From Fidelibacterota bacterium (GTDB lineage Bacteria > Fidelibacterota > UBA8477 > JABMPR01): a DNA stretch of 64,000 nt. Positions 49,401 through 60,900 of the stretch are shown one piece after another; position 1 is the stretch's first letter, and every line of letters begins with the position of its first letter. Position numbers and translations under genes: made by a program. Below the pieces are notes generated by a model. That model worked only from the letters and a program-made list of their open reading frames with translations, ran no database searches and was not told the DNA's origin. The stretch is from positions 84,071 to 148,070 of the forward strand of contig JABHBL010000096.1 in the NCBI GenBank assembly GCA_018673925.1. The letters are read 5' to 3'.

Positions 49401-52400
49401 TGGAATGGTTTATTCCAGAAAATCATCTGGACCAGATTCGAAGTTTTCTCGAAGATGGAAATGTAAACGACCCTGAAACTCAAGATCAATACATCGAAGA
49501 CCTTAGTGATTGCCTCGAGATATATCGCAAGAGTCAATTGGCCCAGAAGATCTCAAGTATTGACCCAATCAATAAACTACCAGAGTTACCTGTCTTTGGA
49601 TTCCTGAAGAACAACACCCACATGTTTAAAGTTTCTGGCATTATTGATTTGCTTTATCAGAGTGAAGGTGAGTGGGTCGTTCTCGATTATAAAACAGACA
49701 AAGAAGTTCCAACTGAAAATGAGTTGAAGCAGCATGCCTATTGGTACCAGATTCAGACCTATTTGTGGATGCTTAAATATTTGTATGGAATAGAAGCACG
49801 AGGAGAACTCTACTTCAATCGGTTTGACATGCTGATTCCCATCGTCTTCGAAGAGGAGCTGTACTTCACCGGTCTGACTACCTATGAACATGGACGAGGT
49901 TTAAAACCGGTATTGCCTGGTGCTCAGGATATAAACCCCAGTTTGACGGAAATTTTAAAACGTCAGGGTGACCTGTCAGAAATGCTCATCATCGAGCCCA
50001 CAAAAAATAGTGGTGAGTTGTTGGCTCAATCACTGGCGAAGGCCGGACTCAATCATCCCAGATTACAAATCATGACCCTGGGTGAAGTTCGCAAAATGAC
50101 CGAGCCAGTTGGTCGTAGACTTACACCATACCTGACACGTTTAGGAATTGCACAACTCTCTGGAAAACGGTTACAGTGGGGCGTAGTGAATCGTCTGGCT
50201 GAAGCTTTCTATAAAGCGACTGGGGGAGAGGGTGTCGTAGATGGGAAGCAGGAGCTCTATGCGGAATTTTTAGACTGGTGCGAGAAGCAATCCATACAGA
50301 CGCCGGGTCAAAATTATGACTTAAAGCAATTGCCTGTTTCCAGGAGAATCATCGTCAACTCAATCCATTCTACATCTCCTTCAGATTATGATTTCTTAAG
50401 AGCGCTTACAGTCAATCATGACCTCATATTCTTTGATCCCCTGAGGGGTGGTCAGGCAGTATCAGGATTTGACATGTCTATTGAGGCTTGGATGTCTCAG
50501 GAGGAAATGCCTTCCAAGGACAAGCGTCATAGCTACACACCCTGCTTCTCCATATATGAAGAGGCGGTCCTGGTGGCAGATCAAATTAGACAACTGATCA
50601 AGGACAATGTGGTAGCAGCTGACATTCGGATTGCTGTCTCCTCTATGGAACGTTATGTCCCCGCCATTAAAAGAGTTTTTGACCAACAGGGTATTTCGGT
50701 GCGTTTGAGTAAGCGCGAACCGGTCATGGAACGACCAGTTACTCAATTAGGCTTTGCGCTTATTCAGGGACGACTCCGGCAACAGATTTCCTGGGATATG
50801 GCCATGTCTGTCTGGCTCCATCCACTTGTCATCCCTAGTGGGGCAGAGGGCTATGCAAGATTAAAACTTGATATTGAGATGCGAAAACTTGGGGTCACCC
50901 ATGTGAGTGAAAATCTCCTGGAGATGGTCACACATCCCAAGCTCCAGGAAACCATGAAGGAACTGCTTCAATTTTTATCAGAGACGTGGCAAACAGGACA
51001 GCCCCTGGGGTTGGTAGATGCTGCGGACTGGTTGATTGTGACACTAAAGAATTTCCAGTTTGCCCATCGTCTCGATGCAGGTAGTGTAGCCTCAAAATCT
51101 TATACATCATTGAAGAATGCCATTCTCGGTTTAAGTAAGGATTGGAAGCGATATTTAAGTCGCAAGGGGAGTCTTGCCGATCTGAATCGAGAATTGAGGG
51201 AGCGCCTTCGGGGTGTGGAAGTAACCTCATCCAGCCAGGGTTTTGGCATTGATGTGATCTCCCTGTTGGACACTTTGAATTTGAAGTCCGGTCATCTATT
51301 TGTCATGGGTCTTACTGAGGGACAATTCCCCTTGACCATGAATACCAATCCATATTTGATGCCTGCTTCCCTGAACCCCTGGTATCTGAATCTCTATTTA
51401 TTCAAGCAATGGCTCAGTTTCCCCGATGGTCAACTTCATCTCACTGCGCCCTCAAGGAATGCTGATGGGGCGGTACTTCAGGAAAGTACTTTCTGCCAAT
51501 ATTTAGAGAAATTGGATTATCCAATACTTACTTCATTGTCGCAGGACCAGCAATACATTCAACTCGCGGGGAAGCGCTTCGCGACACCCACTTCTCAACG
51601 TCAAATTCGACACAATCAGCTACAGCAAGGCACACATCAAGGGGCATGGCAGGGCAAACTGTATGATCATGATATCAGTGAATTTGATCATATCTCGGCT
51701 TCAGCCTTTGACGAGCTGATTAAATGTCCACAACGATATTGGTATAGTCGTAAACTTCGGCTCGAGGCTGCTGAAACCAATATTGCAGACCGTGAGGAAA
51801 TTGAAGTAGGTAATCTGGTTCACAAGGTTCTAGAGCGTTTTGGACGGGCTGGTGGATTTTTACTGGCTAATAATAACTTCTCCGCAGCCCTTCAAAAACT
51901 GGAGGAGATCGCTACTGCGCTGTTGGAAGAAAAGGAAATCGATCTGGATGCTGATTTACTACATAATAAATGGGGCGAGTTATACTTTAGAAATTTCCAG
52001 GATGTAGAACAGAACCTGATAGCCGCTATGTTGAAAATGGAACTTAATGTGTTAACTGCTTTCCTTGATGTTGGACTCCATGAGCAGGCATTTGGAGAAA
52101 CCGAGGATAAGCAATCCTGGCCTGCCTATAAAATTGAAGGGAGCTCCATAAAACTTTCTCTTCTGGGAAAAATTGATCGTGTTCTGGTTTCTGGGAAGCG
52201 GGTCTGGGCAACTGATTATAAAACCGGTAAAGTTGATATAAACGAAAGCAAAGAACTCTGGACAAGCCAGATGCTCTTCTACTATCTGGTTCTCAAATCA
52301 CAATATCCTGATAGTGATGTTGTTTTGACCTATGAGCAGATCAAGGGATACAGAGACAATGCTATTGGAATAAAGGGGTATATCGGGGATGTGGATAGTG

Positions 52401-52618
52401 ATCATCCCGTGATGGATACGCTTCCTTCTCGATCAAGGGCTACAATGGCTATTGGTGGCGAGGCAGACTGGACAGTTGATAGAATAAAAGCTGAGACGCT
52501 TCACTATGCACAAGCCCTGGCAGACAATCATTTCCCACTAACAAGCCGAGATGAGAAACATGCCTGTGCCTATTGTCCTTATGATAGGATTTGCAGGAAG
52601 ACTGCCTTGCCGAGATAA
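46415..52618 (+). CDS. Fused AddA-AddB helicase/nuclease (UvrD helicase, RecB-type nuclease, degenerate AddB helicase-like region, Fe-S RecB-type nuclease)
   Basis: ACAGAGKT, DEFQD, VGD.KQSIYRF, TIHKAKGLE, LFYVAVTRA; G.IDL..DYKT..Q...Y; SAS.....CP, G.IDRV..DYKTG..Q...Y, CAYCPY..IC. Confidence 0.88.
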   Translation: MSIDLNKVFDLNKNIFIEACAGAGKTWLLSKRYSTIMNDFARQHENLISKKDASNILVITFTRKAAAEMAGRIYEDLNKLLNDEALENVESDFGSSLRSASESTKMHLRSTFSKNAISTIDSFCAQILREQAERLDIDPEFRIQDEADTQRMELETWEKYLGECSRNDDKDLKTLLDHLSVRHISEYVKKFQSHAQLMVGWLEHHSSTSPEDLQTEFKTKHPLPASLAEIEPVLIQLLDGLPTSEKMLDSNHSQYQVLRDLLELLSNPIEDDYRYGQELIEFVRRIALTKDRKNYLKRPSVPSNVWPEDFKDEVRARLREFKDRAEQLFPYETLMHEIPSVWDIEACLVNHHFAKFFQGYWEALNQRLKREGILSFNEVMLKTREILRDDQIAALYGQRYQHILFDEFQDTNDVRWDIVRLIAEAGQGVLRNRGLFIVGDTKQSIYRFNQADVQVMNRVRKIIKKGDGWVLTADETYRSSQKYVSEVINPLISSAFPGDEDRDSIELYETVFRPSNAAKSTKKDDNSTGISRCTVSVVLDDKASRGSAVDIYKTADLTLEWLEWVNENELEPESGPSIGILLRSFTPILDYIRIFTRKGIEFEVLSSKGLFEQQESFDVYHLISVLLNPLDDQALVGILRSPFFVMKDEDIQRLKDASRDRSNSGWVWNGLKQLNPEICDTLRDWQQASAREPLDRLIEKIISEDERRLSWISETGGVLRLANLDRIILMVHQLSLDGLGVREIHEYFKFQIQHGDASQAELPGAARVQILTIHKAKGLEYPVVLLPGMQSPIPSDRSGVFIGRHEGDWQAGITLDSKRASHKTWMYEQIKEQTKAEEEAEDKRLFYVAVTRAKYGVGFIAKIKPDTKASATSRWGRYLHPVFDLDLDKDLALNDPQALQKEWQDRSTAAVNYDLTMGSDILLSEAGRSISAAADITQIDPVMQSLVYSEISPHTIMKWMDKKKYAGSDEGQLGDDLDLETAPKTFGLLLHRAMELEWFIPENHLDQIRSFLEDGNVNDPETQDQYIEDLSDCLEIYRKSQLAQKISSIDPINKLPELPVFGFLKNNTHMFKVSGIIDLLYQSEGEWVVLDYKTDKEVPTENELKQHAYWYQIQTYLWMLKYLYGIEARGELYFNRFDMLIPIVFEEELYFTGLTTYEHGRGLKPVLPGAQDINPSLTEILKRQGDLSEMLIIEPTKNSGELLAQSLAKAGLNHPRLQIMTLGEVRKMTEPVGRRLTPYLTRLGIAQLSGKRLQWGVVNRLAEAFYKATGGEGVVDGKQELYAEFLDWCEKQSIQTPGQNYDLKQLPVSRRIIVNSIHSTSPSDYDFLRALTVNHDLIFFDPLRGGQAVSGFDMSIEAWMSQEEMPSKDKRHSYTPCFSIYEEAVLVADQIRQLIKDNVVAADIRIAVSSMERYVPAIKRVFDQQGISVRLSKREPVMERPVTQLGFALIQGRLRQQISWDMAMSVWLHPLVIPSGAEGYARLKLDIEMRKLGVTHVSENLLEMVTHPKLQETMKELLQFLSETWQTGQPLGLVDAADWLIVTLKNFQFAHRLDAGSVASKSYTSLKNAILGLSKDWKRYLSRKGSLADLNRELRERLRGVEVTSSSQGFGIDVISLLDTLNLKSGHLFVMGLTEGQFPLTMNTNPYLMPASLNPWYLNLYLFKQWLSFPDGQLHLTAPSRNADGAVLQESTFCQYLEKLDYPILTSLSQDQQYIQLAGKRFATPTSQRQIRHNQLQQGTHQGAWQGKLYDHDISEFDHISASAFDELIKCPQRYWYSRKLRLEAAETNIADREEIEVGNLVHKVLERFGRAGGFLLANNNFSAALQKLEEIATALLEEKEIDLDADLLHNKWGELYFRNFQDVEQNLIAAMLKMELNVLTAFLDVGLHEQAFGETEDKQSWPAYKIEGSSIKLSLLGKIDRVLVSGKRVWATDYKTGKVDINESKELWTSQMLFYYLVLKSQYPDSDVVLTYEQIKGYRDNAIGIKGYIGDVDSDHPVMDTLPSRSRATMAIGGEADWTVDRIKAETLHYAQALADNHFPLTSRDEKHACAYCPYDRICRKTALPR

Positions 52619-52663
52619 ATTTAGGAGTTGGACATGGTGTTTACTTTCCTGACCCAAGCTGGT

Positions 52664-52755
52664 CCTTGAGCTTGTCGAAAGGCGCGAAGGCAGGTCGAAA
52701 TGTTCAATGTATTTGACAAATGAACCGTGGGCTTCGATAAACTCAGCCTCCGGTT
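52664..52755. repeat. Inverted pair of REP-like GAG-N5-CGA hairpins (copies 3 and 4)
   Basis: CCTT-GAGCTTGTCGA-AAGG (+, 52664-52682); GGCT-GAGTTTATCGA-AGCC (-, 52730-52748, extended stem 52723-52755). Confidence 0.7.
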
Positions 52756-52768
52756 AGATTTTGAGAAA

Positions 52769-54574
52769 TTATTCTAACTCAGATATTTCACTACCCTGAG
52801 ATTCCCAGTTTTCTAATAGCGATTCAAGTTCGATATCTAGCTTTTTAATTGCAGTTGAAAGCTCTGCTAGTTTAGCGGGATCAGTTGCATTCTCAGGATT
52901 GTGAAGCTCCGCTTCAAGGGCTGACTTTGCTATTTCAGCTTTATCAATATCGCGTTCAGTTTTATTAAATGTTTTACGCAGAGTTTTAAGTCGTTGGTGT
53001 CGCAGTTTGTTGTTGCTGGGGTTGCGAACTTCTGCTGGTTCATCAATGATGTTTAATGACTTTTGATAGTTCGTTAGTTGATAGGTGTCAGCAAAGACTT
53101 TTACAGTCCCATCACCAGCCAGATAGATGATCTCATCACAAACCCGATCCATTAAATAACGATCATGTGTTATCAAGAGCAGGGCGCCATTAAACTCCAG
53201 CAGACTTTCCTCAAGTACTTCCAGAGTGGGAATGTCCAGATCATTGGTTGGTTCATCCAGAATGAGAATCTCAGCCGTTTCAAGCATGATCTTGGCCAGC
53301 AAGACACGAGCTCTTTCCCCACCTGACAGCTGGGAGATGGGAAGCTCCAACTGCTCTTTCTGGAATAGAAACTTCTGGGCCCAGGCGCTGACGTGGAGGG
53401 GGTTTCCGTGGAATATTACCGTATCACCATCAGGAGCAAGAGCATGCCTGAGTGACAGTTTTTCATTGGGGAGATGACGTGATTGATCAAGTGTCACCAG
53501 ATTAACCCCTTGTGTAACTTCTACCTCACCAGTGTCGGCTTCCAACTGCCCGCGCAGGACATCAATCAGACTACTCTTACCAGATCCATTGACACCCATA
53601 ATACCGATTTTCATACGAGGAGATAGAAAGATTTCGAGATCCTTAAACAGGCTTTGTCCCCCTCTGGCTTTACTGATTCCTCTGGCATGGAGAAGCTTTT
53701 TTGAACGTCGGTTACCGGCTTCAAATTTTAAACCAGCCTCCGTTTGGAGGTTGTTGCGTTGTTTTAATTCTGAAAGATCATCAATCATATCATAGGCTTT
53801 ATCCACACGATATTGGGCTTTGGTAGTGCGGGCTTTGGGTCCATGTCGCAACCAATCGATTTCTCGTCTCACCTTATTTGACAGTGCCGCTTCTTCCAAG
53901 CGTTGATCGTTTAGATACTTTTCCTGGTCCTGGAGAAATTGAGAATAGTTGCCTCTGACCTTGAGGTAGCCCTGTTTATAGCGTCGATCAAGATCCATGA
54001 TACGATTGCAGGTATTCTCCAAAATAAAGCGATCATGACTGATCAAAATGAAGGCAAACTTCGCTTGCTGGAGAAACGATTCTAACCAAAGAATCCCTTG
54101 TAGATCTAAATGATTGGTCGGTTCATCCAGGAGTACCAGATCATTATCCTGTGCCAGAATGCAGGCCAACGCGACACGCTTCTTCCAGCCTCCCGACAGT
54201 GTACCAGAAACCTTATCGAGATCTGTAAACTGCATTTGCTCCTGAATATCTTTGAGCTGTTTCTGCCGCTCCCAGTCTTCCAGATGATCTGGGAAGTGAT
54301 TAGAGATGATTTCTCGTATGGATAAATCCTCATCAAAGACATCTGCTTGAGGGAGATACGAAATGCGAATACCTGAGCTGAAGGACATCTCACCATCATC
54401 AATTTGTTCAAGACTTGCCAGGATTTTCAGGAGGGTCGATTTGCCAGCACCATTGGGTCCGATGAGACCAATGCGTTCGCCGGAATGGATGTTGATAGAC
54501 AGGTTTTTAAACAGGAGGGTATTGCTATATGATTTATGGATGTTTTGTGTGGAGATAAGCGTTGAGGGAGTCAC
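52769..54574 (-). CDS. ABC-F family ATPase (Uup-like)
   Basis: Two ABC domains (GPNGAGKS, LSGGWKKR, LDEPTNHLD; GVNGSGKS, LSGGERAR, DEPTNDLD), PKARTTK linker, C-terminal coiled coil. Confidence 0.9.
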   Translation of the reverse strand: MTPSTLISTQNIHKSYSNTLLFKNLSINIHSGERIGLIGPNGAGKSTLLKILASLEQIDDGEMSFSSGIRISYLPQADVFDEDLSIREIISNHFPDHLEDWERQKQLKDIQEQMQFTDLDKVSGTLSGGWKKRVALACILAQDNDLVLLDEPTNHLDLQGILWLESFLQQAKFAFILISHDRFILENTCNRIMDLDRRYKQGYLKVRGNYSQFLQDQEKYLNDQRLEEAALSNKVRREIDWLRHGPKARTTKAQYRVDKAYDMIDDLSELKQRNNLQTEAGLKFEAGNRRSKKLLHARGISKARGGQSLFKDLEIFLSPRMKIGIMGVNGSGKSSLIDVLRGQLEADTGEVEVTQGVNLVTLDQSRHLPNEKLSLRHALAPDGDTVIFHGNPLHVSAWAQKFLFQKEQLELPISQLSGGERARVLLAKIMLETAEILILDEPTNDLDIPTLEVLEESLLEFNGALLLITHDRYLMDRVCDEIIYLAGDGTVKVFADTYQLTNYQKSLNIIDEPAEVRNPSNNKLRHQRLKTLRKTFNKTERDIDKAEIAKSALEAELHNPENATDPAKLAELSTAIKKLDIELESLLENWESQGSEISELE

Positions 54575-54841
54575 AAGAACTACTTTCGATTACTGTTTCA
54601 AGAGGGTTACTAAAATCAAACTCATGAATCAATATAATAGGGACTACAGAATATGCTATTTGTGCAAAGAAATAATTGATAAGCCAAATCTATTAAAAAA
54701 TTATGGCAGAATGATGAGTCCTCGTTAAGATGTTAGTGAATAAAATGGATATAATTAAAATATTATTGCGATAAATAAAAATTTCAATAGTGAGGGAGAT
54801 CAAGTCGGGGCGAAACGTTATAATTGTGACGCTTTTAGTGC

Positions 54842-54870
54842 TTGTATGACGTACCCTCACCCCATATTAT
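54842..54870 (+). promoter_or_regulatory. Putative sigma70 promoter of the giant secreted protein gene
   Basis: TTGTAT-N17-TATTAT in AT-rich intergenic region. Confidence 0.45.
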
Positions 54871-54957
54871 GTTCAAAACGAAGAAAATGAAATGAATTAG
54901 CACCTAAGGTGCTGATATTGTTTTATTTATTGCATGCAACAAAATAACGGAGGAAGT

Positions 54958-57900
54958 ATGTGGCGTAAATTGTTACTAACTGGCTTGATATTTTCCGTAG
55001 CTTTTACATCAGCATTTGCTGTTGATGTTCAAGCAATTGGAGAGGATCATACCGCTGCTGTAATCGAGAAAAATAGATTGGACATGTCCAATGCTAACAC
55101 ATTGTTAGCAAGGGATGCATCAGATCGTAATGATTTTGGTGTCCTGGATCTTAGATACGATTATGTCTACCCAATTGATGACTTAACTGTTACCGCGAGT
55201 AACGATCTTGACACAGTAGTTGTTGCTGATGTCGCCACGGTCGGAACCGTGACCATCGACTACGATTGGGTTACAGATAATTATCCTGGTGAGGGTTCAT
55301 TTACCATGACCTCACCTGCAGGTACCGAATTAACAATCGGTGCTGGTCAAACATCTGGGCATTATACTGTTGAATTAGCCGGATTTTCTGGTGAAGATCT
55401 TGCAGGTAACTGGATTTTCTCAGCAAATGACTCATGGGGTGATGGTGGTCATTCCTTATCAGGTGCCACAATGAACGTTGATATGGCTGCAATCGTACCA
55501 GAGATTAGTTTTTCTGACGACGCCTTAGACTTTGGTACACTTCCCGTTGGTCTGTATGCTGAAAAGACACTCACAATTAATAATTTAGGTGGCGGTGCTT
55601 TAACCGTTTCCAGTATTAATGCTGACGATGCAAATTTCTATCTTGGAACTCTTAGCATTGCACCAGTACCTGCTTTTAGCAGTGTTGATATCATTGTTGG
55701 TTATGAACCAGCTGCTTCAGGTGCTCACATAGCAAATCTCGTTTTCACCTCCGATGATGCTGGCTCTCCAGACACAGTAGCACTTTCTGGAACTGCCATT
55801 GATCCTGTAACAACAGGTGGCCCCGATGTGGCTGGATATACCTGGGTGAGCAGTCTTGATGCTGCTGGACCAACTTTTACCTGGATTGACACAGTTGGAT
55901 CTACAGATGCCAATATCGCCAATGGTGATGACTATCGTGGTACTATTGATATTCCATTTACCTTTAGGTATTATGGTAATCTTTACACTCAACTCACGGC
56001 CACCACAAATGGCTGGGTTGGAATGGGACCTTCCTCAGGTTATAGCAGTTCCTATTGGACAAATACAACTATTCCAAGCGCGACGCTTCCAGATAATATG
56101 ATTGCCCCATTATGGGATGATTTTAAGGCTGGTGATGGTCCTGCAAGTACAAGTTCAGCACATGGTACCATAAAATATATCACCTTGGGAACCGAGCCAA
56201 ATCGTCAGTTTGTTGTCATCTTTGATGAAATCGTTCGTGGAACCTATGATACTGATTATTTCAGTTTTGAAGTTATTCTGGATGAAGCGACCAGTGATAT
56301 TACTATTCAATATCTTGACGTAGTAGCTGGCAGCTCCGCAGATAATGGAATTGGCGGCACGATTGGTATCGAGAATGGTGATGCTACAGACGGACTACTC
56401 TATACTTATAATGGCGATCCTCAATTAATCTATGATGAAATGGCCATCCATTTTGTAGCTCCACCACCACCATCATTACCAAACATGGTACTCGATGTTA
56501 CGGAACTGAATTTTGGTTCAGTTGCTGTAGGTGGATCAGCTAGTGCTGATGTCATGATTACCAATAATGGTAGTGGTGACCTGGTTGTATCAGGTGCCAC
56601 AGTTGCAGCTCCTTTCTCAACTACCTATTCAGGTACAATTGCTGAGAATACTTCTGCTACAGCAACCATCTTTTTTGATCCAACGGCTACTGGCTCTTTT
56701 GCTGAGACACTGACCTTTACAGTCACCGGTGATTATACTGCTGATGATGATGCGGTTGCTCTTAGTGGTAGTGCCTATCCTGCAGACTTTGTTCTGGAAG
56801 ATTTTGAAGGCGCTGACTTCCCACCTTATGGTTGGACGATTATCGATGTTGATGGTGGAAGCGCCATCAATCCAGATCTTTCATATATAGATCCTTATTC
56901 AGGCGAAGTTGCTGCTGAAGGTATGGGTTGTGCTGATGATTATCTCATCACACCATCCCTTACTATCCCAGCTGGCTATGCTGATTTCTCCTTCTGGCAT
57001 GGACAAGAATCTGTCAACTATGAAAACTCCTTTAAAGTGATGGTCTCAACAACTGGAACAGATCCTGCAGACTTTGTAGAAGTTGTTGATTATCCAAACA
57101 CGGTTCCACCGGCAGCTGATGCCTGGACCATGGAAACAGTAGACTTGAGTGCCTATGCTGGACAAGAAATCTATGTAGCACTCTATGTGTATTATAGTGA
57201 GTCAAGTTATTATGGGTTTGGTTTTGATGATATCCTCATGCCACCCCTCACACCGAACACCAATACCCCATTCTTCTCTGAATACATGGAAGGATCAAGT
57301 AATAATAAGGGTATTGAAATTTACAATCTAACTGGCTCCACCCTTGAGTTGGATGAGTATAGAATTATTCAGTCAAACAATGGTGGTGGCTGGGATCTTA
57401 TTCACGCCTTCCCAGCTGGCGCAACTCTGGACTTTCAGGATTTATGGATGATTGTCACAGATGCTGCTTTCCCAGAAATGCAAGCCCTGGCTGATGAAGT
57501 TCTACCCTATAACACTGAAGATAAGGTTGTTCACTTTAATGGTGATGATGCCCGTGCCTTGATCCACATTGTTGGAACTGATACCACCTTTATGGATGTT
57601 ATTGGTGTTCCCACAGAAGATCCAGGTTCAGGTTGGGATGTTGCTGGTGTTGCAGTTGGAACCCAGGAACACAACCTTGTACGTAAACCTGATGTAGAAA
57701 CCGGTAATACAGATTGGGCACTTTCTGCCGGTACCAATGCTGATGATTCAGAATGGATCGTTTATGATCAGGATTTCTGGTATGGCATGGGTTACCACAA
57801 CGAAGATTACCCACTACCCGGTGATAATTGTGACCTGGCACTTGTTTATGGTGATGTCAATGATCCTGAAATGGTAGGGACAATTGATTCCTATGGCGAA

Positions 57901-60900
57901 GCCTGGTATACCTTCTACAATGATGGTACATATGACAATGTTTTTGCATCACTCTGTGGTTCAACCTTTGATACAAAGATCGAAGTTTGGGCTGGTTGTG
58001 ATTCAGCAACGTATATTGCTTATAATGATGATTTCTGTAGTACTCAGTCAGAAGTTGATCTTGGTGAATTACCTGCTGGTGATTACTGGGTCAAAGTATT
58101 TGGGTACGGCTCCAGTTCAGGCGAGTATACGCTGAACGTTACAGGTACCAATGGAGTACCTGACTTTGTTGTAACCTCCATGGAATACTACGGTCAGGAT
58201 ACTCTGGATGTTGTTGTTACCAATATTGGTGATGGCGACTCTCCTGGATATGCTGGAACTGATTATCATGGTCTGTACATTGATGGTGATTATCTCGGTT
58301 ATGTTGCTGAGATGGACGTTGCCCTTTTGGCAGGCCAGAGCTATACATATAGTCTCACTGGTGTCAACTATGACTTCCTCGGTGTTGGAATACACGAAGT
58401 TGTATTTGAAGCTGATACAGATGATGATGTATTAGAAATCGATGAAACAAATAATAATGATACCCTCTTGATTGAGATTGGGTATCCACCACTGGCTCCA
58501 AGACATGTTGTAGCAATGGCTGGCGAAGCTCATGTATTTCTATACTGGGAAACAGCCGTCATTCCAGTGCCAGATGTTGCTGGCCTGGGAAGAAGCATCC
58601 AAGGTGTAAGTGAAACCAGAAGCAAACCGGCGGTTGTCCTCTCTCAAGAGTTGCTGGACAAACGTGATGAAGCACGTGGCTCTGCCTTCCGTGAGGCTGG
58701 AGACACTTGTGCTGAGGCAGTAGAGCTCACTGTAGCCGATGGCTCAGTAGTATCTGCTCCTTATGCACCATACTGGTACTCATACACACCTGCTGTAGAT
58801 GGTTATCTGACAGCCTCTTCAGATGGTTTGACCACTGAAGATACCAAGGTGTATGCCTATGATGATTGTGATTTACCCTACATTGATTATGATGATGATG
58901 GCGGAGCTGGATTCCAGTCTATTCTCACCATTCCTGTAACTGGTGGAACCACTTACTACTTTGAGTGGTCTGATCAGTACAGCTCAGCAGCTTTTGATTG
59001 GTCGTTGACCTATATCGACTACCTCCCACTGGCTGATCTTGAGGTAACAGAGATGTATCAAGAGGGTGATGCTGTCTTTGCTGTGATCACCAACATTGGT
59101 GTTCTTGACGCTGCTGGCGTTTCTTGTCACTGGTGGGTTAATGGAGAAGACGTTGCATATGAATATACGGACCTCCTGATTCCAACAGCTGCTGATACAT
59201 TAGGTCTGTATGGATTTTCATGGGCCAATCTTGGCGCAGGAACTTTCAATGTTGCCATGGATGTTGATTTCTGGGGTAGCGTAGACGAAATGTCTGAAGA
59301 AAATAACCTGGATTCAATCAGTGTTGTTCTTGAAGATCCAGATTATATGCCAACTTATAATATCTATCGTGATGATGTGCTTCTTGCAGGTGGTCTCGAT
59401 GCAGTCAACAGAGACTTCGACGGTGAATATTTCGATGAAGCTGTGGTGGCGGATGTTGAGTATACTTACTACATCACCCAGATATTAGAAGACTTAAGTG
59501 AAACGATCCCATCCGAGTCTGTTTCGGCAACTCCTTGGGCTCCTATATTCTATCCATTCCCATTCACAGAAGACTTTGAAGCTGTGATGGACAACCTCCT
59601 TCCACTTGGTTATGTCACTGAAGAAATTGGTGAACCAGATGGCGGAAACTGGGAAGTTGGAGATAGTGCTTATTTCCAGACCAACACATACAATGGCTGG
59701 CATCCAGCCGGTAGCACTGGTCAGTTCGCTGGAATTGATGATGATGGTGTTGCTATTAGCTCCAACGGTAATGAAATCATGTGGACCCCATGGGTAGATT
59801 TTGCTACTGCTGTGAATCCCCAGATTCTCTTTAACTACACAGTTAGAGGTGGTCTCGGTGGTGAATTCATCGTCTTTGATGGTGAAGAAGCTATGGTATA
59901 TCCCCTGGAAGATTCACCCATGGAATGGACAGGTACTCTGTTTAACCTAGGTGAATATGCTGGAGATGTTGTCCGTTTTGGTTTCCATTATGATGATAAT
60001 GGTGGCTGGGCATATGGTATGGGTGTTGACAATATTGTTGTCGAAGAAGCACCTCTACCTGGAACCATCACTGGTACAGTAACAGATATTGATGGCAATG
60101 CTATCGATCATGCTGATGTATATGCCATGGGTCTGTTTGCCGATGAAGGCGCTATGACAGACGCAGCAGGTGCTTATACCATCACTGTTCCAGCTGGCGA
60201 TTATGACGTTGAAGTTATGCGCGTCAATTATCATCCAGCCTATGCTGAAATGGTTACTGTCGCTGAGGGTGCTGCAACAACTCTAGACTTTGTTCTGGAT
60301 CTTTACTTACCAGCCCCACAGAACCTCATGGCCTATCCAAGTATGGTAGATACTACCATCGGTCTCATGTGGGCACCTCCTGTTCCTATGGGTCAGGTTG
60401 CCTATGATGATGGAACCTATGAAGGTTTTGTTACACCAGTAAGTCCTTCTACAGCTGACAACTTCTTTGCTGCTCATTTTAAAGCTGCTATTAGTCCAGG
60501 ATATGCGATCAATGAGGTCTCTGTCCTATCTACAGCAACTGGTGCTGAATCAGCATTTGAAAGTATCTCTGTATTAAGCTCTGATGAAATGGGTCTACCA
60601 GACTTTAGCGATGTTCTCTGGACATCTGCTGGAGCGGATGCAGCATTGTATCCTGAAGCTGCCTGGGATTTCTATCCAGTTGGTGTAACACCGACTGAAC
60701 ATGATTTCTGGGTTGTTATTGAATGGCCCGTTGGTAACGAGTTTGGTCCCTATATCGGTCACGATGATGACACGTTCATAGGAAACTCAATCTGGTCCAA
60801 TGCTGCCGATACATCAGGCGCTCCTGCATGGATTATGGATCCAGGTACTTTTGCAATTCACGCTTACCTTGCTGAACCTAGTACAGGTCGTTCAGTCGTC

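Noticed and set aside
46415..52618. Cas4/CRISPR or dedicated defence-island interpretation of the Fe-S nuclease
   Set aside because: The domain is in AddB context fused to an AddA helicase; no cas genes, array or mobile-element context
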